A DNA stretch of 64,000 nt. Origin: Eubacteriales bacterium (lineage in GTDB: Bacteria > Bacillota > Clostridia > Oscillospirales > CAG-272). Each line of letters starts with the position of its first letter. The stretch's first letter is position 1. The stretch spans positions 3,686-67,685 of the forward strand of contig JAZQBL010000001.1 of NCBI GenBank assembly GCA_045545665.1, written 5' to 3'. The position numbers were made by a program, and so were the translations under genes. The notes beneath the pieces are model-generated. The model saw only the letters and a program-made list of their open reading frames with translations. It had not been told where the DNA came from and did no database searches. Positions 1 to 9,969 of the stretch are shown here, piece by piece.

Positions 1-1
1 A

Positions 2-298
2 AACGGTATTACAGTCGGCAATATCACATTAAAAGAAACAGAGCATAAGGTCGTTGCAGACGGAAAAAAGGTTGAGCTTACTCACAAAGAATTCGAGATG
101 CTCAGGCTCTTTATACGGAATCCGAATATGGTATTTTCAAGAGATAAGCTGATGAGCGAGATCTGGGGCACGGATTACATCGGAGAGACCAGAACCGTTG
201 ATATGCACATCAAAACTCTTCGCCAAAAGCTCGGCAATGCCGGCGGTCAAATCAAGACCGTTATCGGTGTCGGGTACAGATTGGAGAGTGAAGTATGA
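2..298 (+). CDS. OmpR/PhoB-family response regulator, C-terminal winged-helix domain only (5' end lies outside the window)
   Basis: The frame is open from base 2, upstream of the first ATG at 98. The translation ...VELTHKEFEMLRLF...MSEIWG...TVDMHIKTLRQKL...VGYRL matches the trans_reg_C pattern. The stop overlaps the kinase start (ATGA). Confidence 0.85.
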   Translation, partial: NGITVGNITLKETEHKVVADGKKVELTHKEFEMLRLFIRNPNMVFSRDKLMSEIWGTDYIGETRTVDMHIKTLRQKLGNAGGQIKTVIGVGYRLESEV

Positions 299-1941
299 CA
301 AAAAAGATATTTCATTCTATAGTTGCCGTAGCGTTTGTGGTGCTTCTTGCAAGCATCGGCATTGCAACAAGCTTTTTATATGATTATTTCAACGATTCTC
401 AGGTAAAGAGGTTAAAGGCGGAATTATCTCTTGTTGCCGATACTGTGAATGAGGTCGGCACCGAGTATTTTGAAAATTTTAACTCAACCGTATTTCGTTT
501 TACCGTTGTTGATACTGACGGTACCGTGCTTTACGATACGCAGGTAAATGCTTCCGAAATGGAAAACCACGCCGACCGTGAGGAAATTGCCGAAGCGTTC
601 AAGATGGGTACGGGAAGCAGTGCCAGAAATTCCTCCACCTTGACCGAAAAGACGTTTTACGAAGCCGTTCGACTTGAAAACGGCGACGTACTGCGTATTT
701 CTGTAAGCCAGTTGACGGTAGGTGCGTTGATCCTCGGTATGCTTCCTGCCATTATTGCCATTATTTTAGTTGCGTCAGTTGTTGCAGGTGTTCTTTCTCA
801 TACTATGGCAAAGAAAGTAACCGAGCCTTTGATGAAGCTCGATTTGGATCATCCTTCCGATAACAGTACGTATGAAGAACTCACTCCTATCCTTACAAAG
901 ATCCACAGACAGCACAAGCAGATCAAGTCCCAGATGGAAACACTGCGCCGTAAATCCGATGAATTTGAACAGATAGTTTCTTCTATGAACGAAGGACTCG
1001 TGCTTCTTGATGAACGCGGTATGGTGCTCAGTATGAATACGGCGGCAAAGAAAATATTTGCCGTTAAAAAGGATGTTAAAGACAGTGATTTTTTGCTTGT
1101 TGACCGTACGAGCAAAATGAGTAAAGCCATTTGGAATGCTCTTGACGGCAGTCACAGCGAATACACCGAGGAAAGAAACGGCTGTGAATATCAGTTTACG
1201 GTAAACCCCATCGAGTCTGACGGAAAGGTTCTCGGTGCGCTTATTCTCGTGTTTGACATCAGCGACCGTGCTTTTGCCGAGCGCAACCGCCGTGAATTCA
1301 CCGCAAATGTTACACACGAATTGAAAACTCCGCTTCAATCCATCATCGGAAGTGCAGAGCTTCTCGAAAACGGACTTGTAAAGCCCGAAGATACGGAAAG
1401 ATTTGTCGGTAACATCCGCAAGGAAGCAACAAGACTTGTATCACTCATCAACGATATTATCCGTCTTTCCCAGCTCGACGAGAACAGTGAACCTGCAACC
1501 GAAACGGTTGAACTGACAGAGGTCGCAAAGGAGGTCGTTGAGGTACTTACCGTATCTGCGGCAAAGAGAAACGTTACACTCGGTATCGAAGGTGATGTGC
1601 AAACCATTTACGGCGTGCGCCGTTATATTTACGAGATCATTTATAACCTTTGCGATAACGCTATCCGCTACAATGTTGACGGTGGCAAGGTAACGATCAC
1701 GATCGGTAAAGAAAACGGTCGTGCGGTCGTTTCCGTAAAAGATACCGGTATCGGTATTGCGCCTGAACATCAAAGCCGTATCTTTGAACGCTTCTACCGA
1801 GTAGATAAAAGCCATTCCAAAGAGACCGGCGGTACGGGTCTTGGACTTTCCATCGTAAAGCACGCCGTACAGTATCACGGCGGCAAGGTAACGCTTGAAA
1901 GCGAACTCGGTAAAGGAACAACGGTCACTATCTCTTTTTGA
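295..1941 (+). CDS. Sensor histidine kinase (PhoR-like architecture)
   Basis: 548 aa. Two hydrophobic segments flank an extracytoplasmic region. H-box is FTANVTHELKTPL, N-box is NLCDNAIRYN, and G-boxes are DTGIGI and GGTGLGLSIVK. The gene is translationally coupled to the upstream regulator. Confidence 0.9.
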   Translation: MTKKIFHSIVAVAFVVLLASIGIATSFLYDYFNDSQVKRLKAELSLVADTVNEVGTEYFENFNSTVFRFTVVDTDGTVLYDTQVNASEMENHADREEIAEAFKMGTGSSARNSSTLTEKTFYEAVRLENGDVLRISVSQLTVGALILGMLPAIIAIILVASVVAGVLSHTMAKKVTEPLMKLDLDHPSDNSTYEELTPILTKIHRQHKQIKSQMETLRRKSDEFEQIVSSMNEGLVLLDERGMVLSMNTAAKKIFAVKKDVKDSDFLLVDRTSKMSKAIWNALDGSHSEYTEERNGCEYQFTVNPIESDGKVLGALILVFDISDRAFAERNRREFTANVTHELKTPLQSIIGSAELLENGLVKPEDTERFVGNIRKEATRLVSLINDIIRLSQLDENSEPATETVELTEVAKEVVEVLTVSAAKRNVTLGIEGDVQTIYGVRRYIYEIIYNLCDNAIRYNVDGGKVTITIGKENGRAVVSVKDTGIGIAPEHQSRIFERFYRVDKSHSKETGGTGLGLSIVKHAVQYHGGKVTLESELGKGTTVTISF

Positions 1942-2001
1942 TTAACTAAAGTTTTTGTATTACCGCTCTGCGGATCAATGGTGAATAGTTGCAGATATAA
2001 C

Positions 2002-2029
2002 AAAAGCGAGGTGTAAGAACCTCGCTTTT
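2002..2029. terminator. Bidirectional rho-independent terminator between convergent genes
   Basis: AAAAGCGAGG-tgtaagaa-CCTCGCTTTT: a GC stem (2006-2011 pairing with 2020-2025) flanked by an A-run and a T-run. Confidence 0.6.
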
Positions 2030-2054
2030 GAATTGAAATTTATCTGAATATCGC

Positions 2055-3542
2055 TTAATAAATCAAAGCCGTAAGCTCGCTGTCATAGCTTATCTCTGTG
2101 TTTTCTGTTTTTTCTTTGATATAATCGGAAAGCATTTCTGTTTTTAAATTGGACTTTATAACGTAACTGTAGTACGGTTCACCGTAAGAGGAAACGAATG
2201 TCACGAAATAACCGCATACAACGCCGTAATTCGTGTATTCCTGATATCCGCAGTCGTAAAGCTTGCGTCCGTCTTCAAACAGCCAGGAAACGACGTTTTG
2301 AGGAAGTGAAGTGCTCGTCGGTATAATGTTTTCAGCAAGGCCGCCTTTTTTGTTCGTAACTGTGTCGTTTGAATGCTTTTCGACGAGGGTGATGAATTCT
2401 TCATCTTTATTTTCAGATTTTGAAACTTGACTTATTATATCCTCGGCAAGCTTTTTTGCCGTATTTTCCGTGTATTCACCGAGTGAAAGATCTATATAAA
2501 TGTATCTTGCATTAAGTATCGGAAAATCGTTTTCGTGGGGCGCCTTTATGACCTGTACGATCTTTACTCTGCCTTGCGAATCGACAAATTTTGTAACGTC
2601 GCCGTCAACTCTTCCGTCTGAAAATATCCAGGAAATGACCTCATCGGGATCCTCTGAATATTTTGCGTCGTTAACCGTGCAGCCCTTTTCAAACTTTTCG
2701 TAATCTTTTTTTTCAAGATCGGGGTATATAATTTTGTATGCATCAACAAACGACGTTCCAGATTGAACGGATGACATAAATGCGTCGCCTTTATTCAAAG
2801 CATCGTTTTTTGCATCCTGTTTTTGCTGCTCCGTACTTGTTGCATCGTATTTCGGAGTTATTGTAATAACATTATAATCAGCAACGGTATAGGAATTTTT
2901 GTTCTTTTCAAACTCTTTTTTGATATCGTCGTCCGTTATTTCAAACGAATCGTATTTTGTTTGCAGATATTTTGTTGCAAGCTGTAAAGTGTAATACGTA
3001 TCTTTCATGATCTGCGGTGTTACACCTTCGCCCATTCCTTCGAGGTCTTTCATATATTCTTCAAAGGAAAGACCGTAACCTTTTGCAGTTGCAGCAATTG
3101 AATCAACATTTGCATCAACAGAGGCTTTTTCCTCATCTGTCAATGATACGCCGTCTTTTTTTGCTTCGGCAGCAAATGTTATATAGTATTCAAGATCACG
3201 CTTTGCTATTGAAAGAAAATAGTCGTACCAGCTTTGGTAGTCAGTATATCCATCTGCTTTAGGCACTTGGTCTTGAAGGGGGAGAGTAGGATCAAGATAT
3301 GCGGAAATATCTGTATAGTGTGTTTGCTGAAAATCGCGGTAAGCCTGCACAAAGAAATATCTCAGTGCAAATACCGAAATATCAATTCCTTCGTACGTTG
3401 CCAACGTTTCCGAAGGGGGAGCAAGAGTCGCACCGACAGTATCCGAATTTGATACTTCATCAGTCGATGATGATTCTCCCGAACATGCGAGCATGGCAAC
3501 GGCGAGAACAACACATATCACGGATAAAATAATTTTTTTCAT
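2055..3542 (-). CDS. Lipoprotein with two divergent parvulin (PpiC/PrsA)-like modules; function uncertain
   Basis: 495 aa. Lipobox is VAMLACSG. The C-terminal part (ARYIYI...EEFITLVEKHSNDTVTNKKGGLAENI...VVSWLFEDGR...GYFVTFV) lines up by eye with the parvulin pattern ARHILV...F..LA.KYS.D..S...GG.LG.F. The motif V(I/V)SW(I/L)F(S/E)DGR occurs twice. Confidence 0.55.
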   Translation of the reverse strand: MKKIILSVICVVLAVAMLACSGESSSTDEVSNSDTVGATLAPPSETLATYEGIDISVFALRYFFVQAYRDFQQTHYTDISAYLDPTLPLQDQVPKADGYTDYQSWYDYFLSIAKRDLEYYITFAAEAKKDGVSLTDEEKASVDANVDSIAATAKGYGLSFEEYMKDLEGMGEGVTPQIMKDTYYTLQLATKYLQTKYDSFEITDDDIKKEFEKNKNSYTVADYNVITITPKYDATSTEQQKQDAKNDALNKGDAFMSSVQSGTSFVDAYKIIYPDLEKKDYEKFEKGCTVNDAKYSEDPDEVISWIFSDGRVDGDVTKFVDSQGRVKIVQVIKAPHENDFPILNARYIYIDLSLGEYTENTAKKLAEDIISQVSKSENKDEEFITLVEKHSNDTVTNKKGGLAENIIPTSTSLPQNVVSWLFEDGRKLYDCGYQEYTNYGVVCGYFVTFVSSYGEPYYSYVIKSNLKTEMLSDYIKEKTENTEISYDSELTALIY

Positions 3543-3560
3543 TAGCGCTCCTTGTTTGAA

Positions 3561-4520
3561 TCAAGAAATAAACAGTTTATCTACAATTCCGAGGATCAAG
3601 GGAACTGTTACAACGGAAAGAACGGTTGATATTCCCGTAAGCTTTGCGCCGAATTCAGGGCCCACATCGTATTTTTCGGCATACATTACGGTGTTTGAAG
3701 CGCACGGAAGCGCCGTCATTATAGCAACAAAGTAAATCCAGAAGCTGTCGAGATGCAAAAAATAAGCAATAGTCGAAGCACACATCGGAGTTACGATGAG
3801 TTTTATGAAAAGCAGGATATATACCTTAAAATCGGAAAATACCTTCTTAAAAGGAATAGTTGCAATGACTCCGCCGATTATAAACATCGAACAGGGGATA
3901 GTTATATCGCCTATCATTCCGAAAGCATCGACAACGACGGAAGGAAGCTGCCAGGGAAGCATATAAAGAATTATTCCGATAATGCAGGGAACCGTTCCGT
4001 AATTCAATATCATATTTATAGGCTTTACTTTGACTGCTGTACTGGTCTTGGATATTACGAATATTCCGTACGTCCATATAACTACATTGAAAATAATTAT
4101 GTAGAAAGAACCGTAAAAAGCACCCATTTGTTCACCGAAAAGGGCTTTCAAAACAGGGAATCCCATGAAACCGGTATTTGCGAATATAAGGGCGAATTCA
4201 CCTATACCGCGTGCGCCTTTGTCTTTTATGGGACGTGTTGAAATGAAAGCGATGACAGCGGAAAGTATGTAGATGCAAAGACCTGCAAGGATTATAAGAA
4301 ATCCCGATTTTAAATTTTCGAAGCTTTTGTCTTCCGTTCCCAAAAGTCCCCCTAAAATAAGAAAGGGAGTTCCGACACAAATGACGAAGTTGGACAGCTT
4401 TTTTGAAAAATCTCTGTCCATGAATTTCAGCTTGTACGCTCCAAAGCCGACCACCATTATGATGAACAGCTTTATTACCGTGTTAAATAATTCACCGACG
4501 TTTCCCATATCAACAAACAA
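3561..4520 (-). CDS. AEC (auxin efflux carrier) family permease
   Basis: 319 aa and hydrophobic throughout, with roughly 10 TM segments in two halves. The sequence style is typical of AEC/membrane transport proteins. Confidence 0.8.
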   Translation of the reverse strand: MFVDMGNVGELFNTVIKLFIIMVVGFGAYKLKFMDRDFSKKLSNFVICVGTPFLILGGLLGTEDKSFENLKSGFLIILAGLCIYILSAVIAFISTRPIKDKGARGIGEFALIFANTGFMGFPVLKALFGEQMGAFYGSFYIIIFNVVIWTYGIFVISKTSTAVKVKPINMILNYGTVPCIIGIILYMLPWQLPSVVVDAFGMIGDITIPCSMFIIGGVIATIPFKKVFSDFKVYILLFIKLIVTPMCASTIAYFLHLDSFWIYFVAIMTALPCASNTVMYAEKYDVGPEFGAKLTGISTVLSVVTVPLILGIVDKLFIS

Positions 4521-5070
4521 GACCGTGTGTAACGGCGTACTCCTTGATTTTTTGCATATCCTTCAGCATATCATCCTTCTTGTTCGGATCGCGAAGCAGT
4601 GCCGACGGATGATATACGGCAGTCATAATAAATTTACCTTTTTCAAAAAAAATCCCGTGTTCGGCTGTGATCTTGAAATCGGGCTTGATAAGACGCATGG
4701 CGGATATTCTGCCAAGACACACGATAAGAGATGGGGAAATTATCCTCACCTGCTCACGTAAAAAGTCAATGCACGCTTCCTCCTCCGTTTTTTGCGGATC
4801 ACGGTTTTTCGGAGGACGGCATTTCAGTATGTTGGCAATGTAAATATTTTCACGTTTCATTCCGACAGCTTCAAGATATTTGTCAAAAAGCTTTCCCGCA
4901 CGGCCGACAAACGGCTCACCTGTAAGGTCCTCGTTTTCACCGGGCGCTTCTCCCACAAACATAATATCGGCATTGTGCGAGCCGACACCGAAAACGGTAT
5001 TTGTTCTCGAGGTGTGAAGCGGACACGCCGTGCACGCTTTGCATTTTTCGTATAATTCTTCCAGATTCAT
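4510..5070 (-). CDS. Uracil-DNA glycosylase, family 4
   Basis: Family-4 UDG signatures are C..C..C.L ([10 protein letters not shown]), GEAPGENED and HPSALLR. I prefer the ATG at 5070, preceded by AGGAAA, over the TTG at 5085. Confidence 0.85.
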   Translation of the reverse strand: MNLEELYEKCKACTACPLHTSRTNTVFGVGSHNADIMFVGEAPGENEDLTGEPFVGRAGKLFDKYLEAVGMKRENIYIANILKCRPPKNRDPQKTEEEACIDFLREQVRIISPSLIVCLGRISAMRLIKPDFKITAEHGIFFEKGKFIMTAVYHPSALLRDPNKKDDMLKDMQKIKEYAVTHGLVC

Positions 5071-5078
5071 TTTATTTC

Positions 5079-5387
5079 CTAACAAAATTCAGCAAATATT
5101 TCGGATGCATTCTCCTCGGCAAGCAAATAACACCGTTCTTTAAGATAAGCACGTACCGCACGCGAAGGTCTGATCTCGCATTCGGCAAACTCACTTATTG
5201 CGCACATAGGATACAGCTCACTGCGTATGTCGTATACGCTTTGCGAAAACAAAAGGTAGTACTTCGTCTTGCCGTACGTGTCTTCGTAATAGACCGACGT
5301 TAATGATTGAGAAGGCAGGGAAGAAATAAACTTGCATGCACATACAAGCTCATTTATTCCGCTGAATACATATAAATACGATTCCAT
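5079..5387 (-). CDS. Hypothetical protein (102 aa)
   Basis: Protein-like ORF sitting tightly between a hairpin and the UDG gene. No recognisable motif. Confidence 0.45.
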   Translation of the reverse strand: MESYLYVFSGINELVCACKFISSLPSQSLTSVYYEDTYGKTKYYLLFSQSVYDIRSELYPMCAISEFAECEIRPSRAVRAYLKERCYLLAEENASEIFAEFC

Positions 5388-5392
5388 AATAA

Positions 5393-5434
5393 CCCCCGTG
5401 CCGATATTTCTTTATATTATAATCGGCAAGGGGG
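5393..5434 (-). terminator. Intergenic hairpin (terminator or attenuator) between the SIS gene and orf102
   Basis: CCCCCGTGCCGAT-16 nt AT loop-ATCGGCAAGGGGG pairs 12 of 13. On the minus strand its 3' arm (ACGGGGG) ends 5 nt before the orf102 ATG at 5387. Confidence 0.4.
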
Positions 5435-5446
5435 TGTTTCGTTACA

Positions 5447-6052
5447 TTATTTTTTATTGAGTCTTTCGCCTACAGCTCCGCCCGGATGAATAAGACCGAA
5501 CTGTTCTTTTTTATATCCCGTAAGCTCCATAACGGCGGCAAGCAAAGCGTCAAAAATTGCAATCGTTGCAACGTATGATGCGGTTGCCATCATATTGTAT
5601 TTGTCGCTTTCTTTCTCTATCTGCATTTTGATTATGTAATCTGCATTTTCCGCAAGAGGGGAGTTGAGATTTTCGGTTACTGCTATGAGCTTTGCGCCCT
5701 TTTTCTTTACTACGTCTATTATAGGCAGAAGCTCTACTGTTTTTCCGCCTCTTGATACCATTATTACGCAGTCCTCGTCCGTAACTACGCCAAGACCGCC
5801 GTGTACAGCTTCAGCAGGTGACATAAAGCATGCGGGTCTGTCAATACAGCAAAGGCTGTGCTGGAATTTTTTTGCCGCGATTCCCGAAGAACCGCTTGCA
5901 CACGTTATTGTTTTTTTACATTCGCTGAGTGCTTTTGCGACCTTCAAAAATTCTTCCTTGTCGAGATATTCTTCAAGCTGTGCTATAGCATCCTTTTCTA
6001 TCTGTAAAGACTGCCAAGCCATTTCAAGAGCTTTTTGTGAAAGATTGTCCAT
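5447..6052 (-). CDS. SIS (sugar isomerase) domain protein
   Basis: CASGSSGIAAKKF plus VSRGGKT..L and AVTEN segments are typical of SIS/KpsF-GutQ/hexulose-6-P isomerase folds. The ATG at 6052 has AAGGAG 8 nt upstream, and the longer ORF-track start is unsupported. Confidence 0.75.
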   Translation of the reverse strand: MDNLSQKALEMAWQSLQIEKDAIAQLEEYLDKEEFLKVAKALSECKKTITCASGSSGIAAKKFQHSLCCIDRPACFMSPAEAVHGGLGVVTDEDCVIMVSRGGKTVELLPIIDVVKKKGAKLIAVTENLNSPLAENADYIIKMQIEKESDKYNMMATASYVATIAIFDALLAAVMELTGYKKEQFGLIHPGGAVGERLNKK

Positions 6053-6065
6053 GATTTTTTCTCCT

Positions 6066-6806
6066 TTATTGTTTATCAACAGTATTTTTTTTAAGCTCCG
6101 ATACACATTCGATCATTTCCTTGTCCATTTGGTCTATAATATCTGTAACGGACTGTGAATGTTTGTCGAATATGCTGCGGTAATTATCAAAGTACGTTTG
6201 AGTATGCTCTTTTGCGTTACGGAACATAACTTCGATTTCTTTTTTTGCATTTGAAATTATTGTTTCGGCCTGCTTTTTTGCATTTTCGATTATTGCATTT
6301 CCTTCGTCTTTTGCGGATGATATTACGGAGTCGGCGTTTCTGTTTGCATCAATTATGACCGCACCGATCTTTGATGACATTTTATCGTAAAGCTTTGCTT
6401 TTTCTTCAATTTCGGGGTCGTTGTTTGTCTGTACTGAAGCGGATGAAGCTTTCAATTCTTCGTTTTCCTTACACAGCTGGTCGAGGGCATCGTTCTGAGC
6501 TGCTGCCAATTCTTCACTTTCGGACAATTTAGCCTGAAGCTCTTTTTTTGCTTCTTCGGCAGATGCAAGTTCTTCTTTAAGACGTTCAAGTTCGGCTTTT
6601 AAAGCTTCATTTTCTTCCGCTGCCTGCTTGTACTCTTCGTTTTTTAACTGTGCTTCGGCGAGTTTTCCTTCGATTTCCTTCAATGCCTTTGACGATGTGT
6701 CAAGTTCCGATTTGAAGTTGAAATTCATTTTTTCAATATAATCTACGACGTCGTCTTTGTTAAAACCTCTTACAGCCGTTCTGAACAGCTTTACGTTTTC
6801 GTCCAT
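6066..6806 (-). CDS. DivIVA-domain coiled-coil protein
   Basis: The N-terminus (F.TAVRGFNKDDVVDYIEKM) is the DivIVA-domain signature. It is followed by a long E/K/A-rich coiled coil. Start chosen at MDENVK. Confidence 0.7.
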   Translation of the reverse strand: MDENVKLFRTAVRGFNKDDVVDYIEKMNFNFKSELDTSSKALKEIEGKLAEAQLKNEEYKQAAEENEALKAELERLKEELASAEEAKKELQAKLSESEELAAAQNDALDQLCKENEELKASSASVQTNNDPEIEEKAKLYDKMSSKIGAVIIDANRNADSVISSAKDEGNAIIENAKKQAETIISNAKKEIEVMFRNAKEHTQTYFDNYRSIFDKHSQSVTDIIDQMDKEMIECVSELKKNTVDKQ

Positions 6807-6999
6807 AGTATCCCTCCGATTTTGACAAAAGTCATATACTGATATATAATAACACAAAATAATGACTATTTCAAGTCGTAACGACAATAAAATAAAACTT
6901 TCTTATTTATCGCCTGTTAATTATTTTAAATATTGTTATACCGCCGTAATAAATTTAAGATAGAATACAAACTTGAAAATACAATTATTGCGAGGTAAA

Positions 7000-8082
7000 A
7001 TGACGGAAGTTAATTACGACCTGTGGGAATATCTTTCCACGGCAAAAAAACCGCTTGTCGTATACGGAATGGGCGACGGTGCTGATAAGCTTATAGCGGC
7101 GCTTGCCCGTATAGGCAGAGAACCTGATGACTACTTTGCTTCCGACGGGTTTGTCAGAGGGCAGCTTTTTCACGGTAAAAAGGTACTTTCTTTCGATGAA
7201 GTTAAAAAGAAATACAGTGAGTTCATCGTTTTGGTATCCTTCGGAACTCAATTGCCCGACGTTATAGAAAATATTTGCAAGATCGACAGCGAATACGAGC
7301 TGTATGCCCCGGACCTTCCCGTGTGCCCGGATGAGCTTTTTACTTATGACTATTACAGCCGCCATAAGGATGAATTTGAATACGCTTCATCTCTTTTGTG
7401 TGATGATGAATCGAAAAAAGAATTTGCCGACGTGCTCAATTTCAAGCTTTCGGGAAAGATAAAATATATTAAATTCTCACAAAGTTCTCAATTTGCTATT
7501 GCAAAATCTAAATTAAAATGTTATAATTATAAATCGTATGTTGATGCGGGGGCATATAACGGAGATACAGTCTTGCAAATGAGCTCTGTATGTCCCAATC
7601 TTTTGAAGGTTTATGCGTTTGAACCCGATGAGAGAAATTATAGAAAAATGATGAAAAATCTTTCATCGCTCGACGTTTCGCTTTCCTTGTACAATGCAGC
7701 ACTCGGTAATACCGATGGGGAAAGAGTGATATTCGAAAAGGGAAACAGAAACACATCTTTGTATGCTTCTTCAGCATCGGACAGCAAAGAGAAAAAGATA
7801 AACGTAGTAAGGCTTGATTCTGTGCTTGACGGCGCTTCTGCGGACCTTATAAAAATGGACGTTGAAGGTGCGGAAGAGGATGCGATACTGGGCGCACGCA
7901 ATACGATATCGAATTTTGCACCCGATATGCAGATATCTCTTTATCACAGACCGAGTGATATGTTCAAGCTTATCCCTCTCGTAAAAGATCTGTACGATAA
8001 CGCAGAAATATACGTAAAGAAAACGAGATATATTCCCGCATGGGATTTTAATATGTATCTGATCAATAAAAACAAGATTTAA
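7000..8082 (+). CDS. FkbM-family SAM-dependent methyltransferase
   Basis: YVDAGAYNGDT (SAM motif I-like) and DLIKMDVEGAEE are FkbM hallmarks. There is an extra N-terminal Rossmann-like segment. Confidence 0.75.
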   Translation: MTEVNYDLWEYLSTAKKPLVVYGMGDGADKLIAALARIGREPDDYFASDGFVRGQLFHGKKVLSFDEVKKKYSEFIVLVSFGTQLPDVIENICKIDSEYELYAPDLPVCPDELFTYDYYSRHKDEFEYASSLLCDDESKKEFADVLNFKLSGKIKYIKFSQSSQFAIAKSKLKCYNYKSYVDAGAYNGDTVLQMSSVCPNLLKVYAFEPDERNYRKMMKNLSSLDVSLSLYNAALGNTDGERVIFEKGNRNTSLYASSASDSKEKKINVVRLDSVLDGASADLIKMDVEGAEEDAILGARNTISNFAPDMQISLYHRPSDMFKLIPLVKDLYDNAEIYVKKTRYIPAWDFNMYLINKNKI

Positions 8083-8109
8083 TGAATTTTTCAGAAAGGC
8101 TATAACGGT

Positions 8110-9969
8110 ATGAAAAACAGATTAAACAAAATAGTGGTGCTTATTCTCACTGTCTTTGTCGTGCTTTCTTCACTCGGTCTTTCCGCTTTTGCGGTTGCTG
8201 ACAAGGATATTGCACAGATATCGGTTTCGGTATCGTCATCAAGCCCTCAAAAGGGTGATACCATAAAGGTTACAGTGCAGATAGACAACTACGCAACGAT
8301 GACACCTAAAATATCAGCTATGGAAGTCTCTGTTCAGTTCGATTCGAACGTGTTTTCCCTCGTTCCCGGAACGGTCAGTACTTCTTCGCTCAAGATAAAC
8401 TCGGGTGATGCTATCGGTGCCGTTTACGATGGAGATAAGACGGTCGATTTCTATTATTGTTATGCAAATAATTCAGGACAACCGCTTCCGAGAGGAAACA
8501 TAAATAAGTTCATTCTCTTTACGTTTGATCTTAAGGTGTCGGAAGAAATACAAGAAGATACTTCGGTTGCTTTTGAAGTGACAAAATGTAACCTTTACGA
8601 CAGCCATATGACGAGCACTCCCGGTTCAGAGATCAGGTGCAAAGAACCGAAGCTTCCTTCCGTAAAAGTCTACGTTGACCGTCCTGCCGTTCTCTATAAC
8701 GAAAGCGGTGTAAACGAAGGCACGTACGACAAGATGGTAAAGCTTGAATTTGATGCTTCTACTGCAGAGCTTTCCTATGAAGGAAGAGATGCCGTAACGA
8801 TCACAAGCCCCCATTTTCTTAAGGAAAACGGAACGTATGAGCTTAAAGTAAAAGCGGACGGCACAACAGTAAATGAAACGATAACCGTCGACCGTGAGAT
8901 AAAATCAATATCACTGAAGGTCGGAACGTATACAACAAAATACGCTTTAAACGAAGACTTGAACCTTGAAAAAGGCGAGATAATCGTGCAGTATTACGAC
9001 GACAGCCCATACAGCGAGGATAACGGAATATCGTATATCCCCCTGTCCGATTCTAACATAAGCGTTTCGGGATACGATAAAACTGTTCCCGGCGAGCAAA
9101 AGCTCAACGTAATATACATGGGATTTACAACGAGTATGAGCGTTACTGTTATGGAAGTCTCAGTTGCCGGAATTATTGTAAAATCGGGAAGTGAGCTTGC
9201 GTATAAGTACGTTCCCGTAGGATATCCCATTGATACGACAGGGTTGTATCTTATAGTACAGTACAGCGATGGTACGAAAGAAGAAAAAAACGTTGATGCA
9301 TCTATGCTTGGAGAATATTTAAATGCCGAAGCAGGCGTTGTGAGCGTTGATATCAAAGTCGGCGACAAAGTACTTGAAGATGCTTTTGAAGTTGAATATG
9401 TAGCTGCTGATGAGCTTACAGCGTTTAAAAATGATGTAAAATCAACGGATCCCGACGATCTTGTTCTTAACGACGTAAGTAAGGTTGAAGATATGATCTC
9501 AAGATACAATGCACTTGTGTCGAGATTCGGTCCTTCGGTTATGACGAACGGTGTTGACGTGCAGAGCCAGTATGATGCTATCGTTCAGAAAATGAGCGAT
9601 ATAACAGGAGGAGAGATGACCCCCGGTTTGAATACGGGCGACAGCGAAACCGGCGACGTAACAAATGGCGATGATACAACGGGAACTCCCGATACACAAC
9701 GCAATAACGGTAATACAATGAAGGTAATCGGAATAGTTATCGCTGTTATCGTTGCACTTTCTGTCGTGGCGGGTGTTGTGTATTTTATAGTCGTTTATCT
9801 CAAAAAGAAAAAAGAAGCTGAAGAATACTATTATGATGATGACGAAGACGAAGATGACGATGACGATGACGACATGGGGCTTGAACAGCCGACCGTTTCG
9901 GCAAGCTTTGATTATCTGTCTGATGATATTATAGGTATAAATTTTGAGGAGGATGAGGATGATGAGTAA
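8110..9969 (+). CDS. Cell-surface cohesin-like protein with Ig-like repeats, a C-terminal TM anchor and a polyacidic tail
   Basis: Signal peptide, then a cohesin-like module (ISVSVSSSSPQKGDTIKVTVQIDNY...EVSVQFDSNVFSLVPG..., about 8197-8680). Two Big_3-like repeats follow (..IVQYYDDS.., ..IVQYSDGTKEE..), then a G/T/D linker and the TM helix VIGIVIAVIVALSVVAGVVYFIVVYL. The tail is EEYYYDDDEDEDDDDDDD...EEDEDDE. Confidence 0.7.
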   Translation: MKNRLNKIVVLILTVFVVLSSLGLSAFAVADKDIAQISVSVSSSSPQKGDTIKVTVQIDNYATMTPKISAMEVSVQFDSNVFSLVPGTVSTSSLKINSGDAIGAVYDGDKTVDFYYCYANNSGQPLPRGNINKFILFTFDLKVSEEIQEDTSVAFEVTKCNLYDSHMTSTPGSEIRCKEPKLPSVKVYVDRPAVLYNESGVNEGTYDKMVKLEFDASTAELSYEGRDAVTITSPHFLKENGTYELKVKADGTTVNETITVDREIKSISLKVGTYTTKYALNEDLNLEKGEIIVQYYDDSPYSEDNGISYIPLSDSNISVSGYDKTVPGEQKLNVIYMGFTTSMSVTVMEVSVAGIIVKSGSELAYKYVPVGYPIDTTGLYLIVQYSDGTKEEKNVDASMLGEYLNAEAGVVSVDIKVGDKVLEDAFEVEYVAADELTAFKNDVKSTDPDDLVLNDVSKVEDMISRYNALVSRFGPSVMTNGVDVQSQYDAIVQKMSDITGGEMTPGLNTGDSETGDVTNGDDTTGTPDTQRNNGNTMKVIGIVIAVIVALSVVAGVVYFIVVYLKKKKEAEEYYYDDDEDEDDDDDDDMGLEQPTVSASFDYLSDDIIGINFEEDEDDE

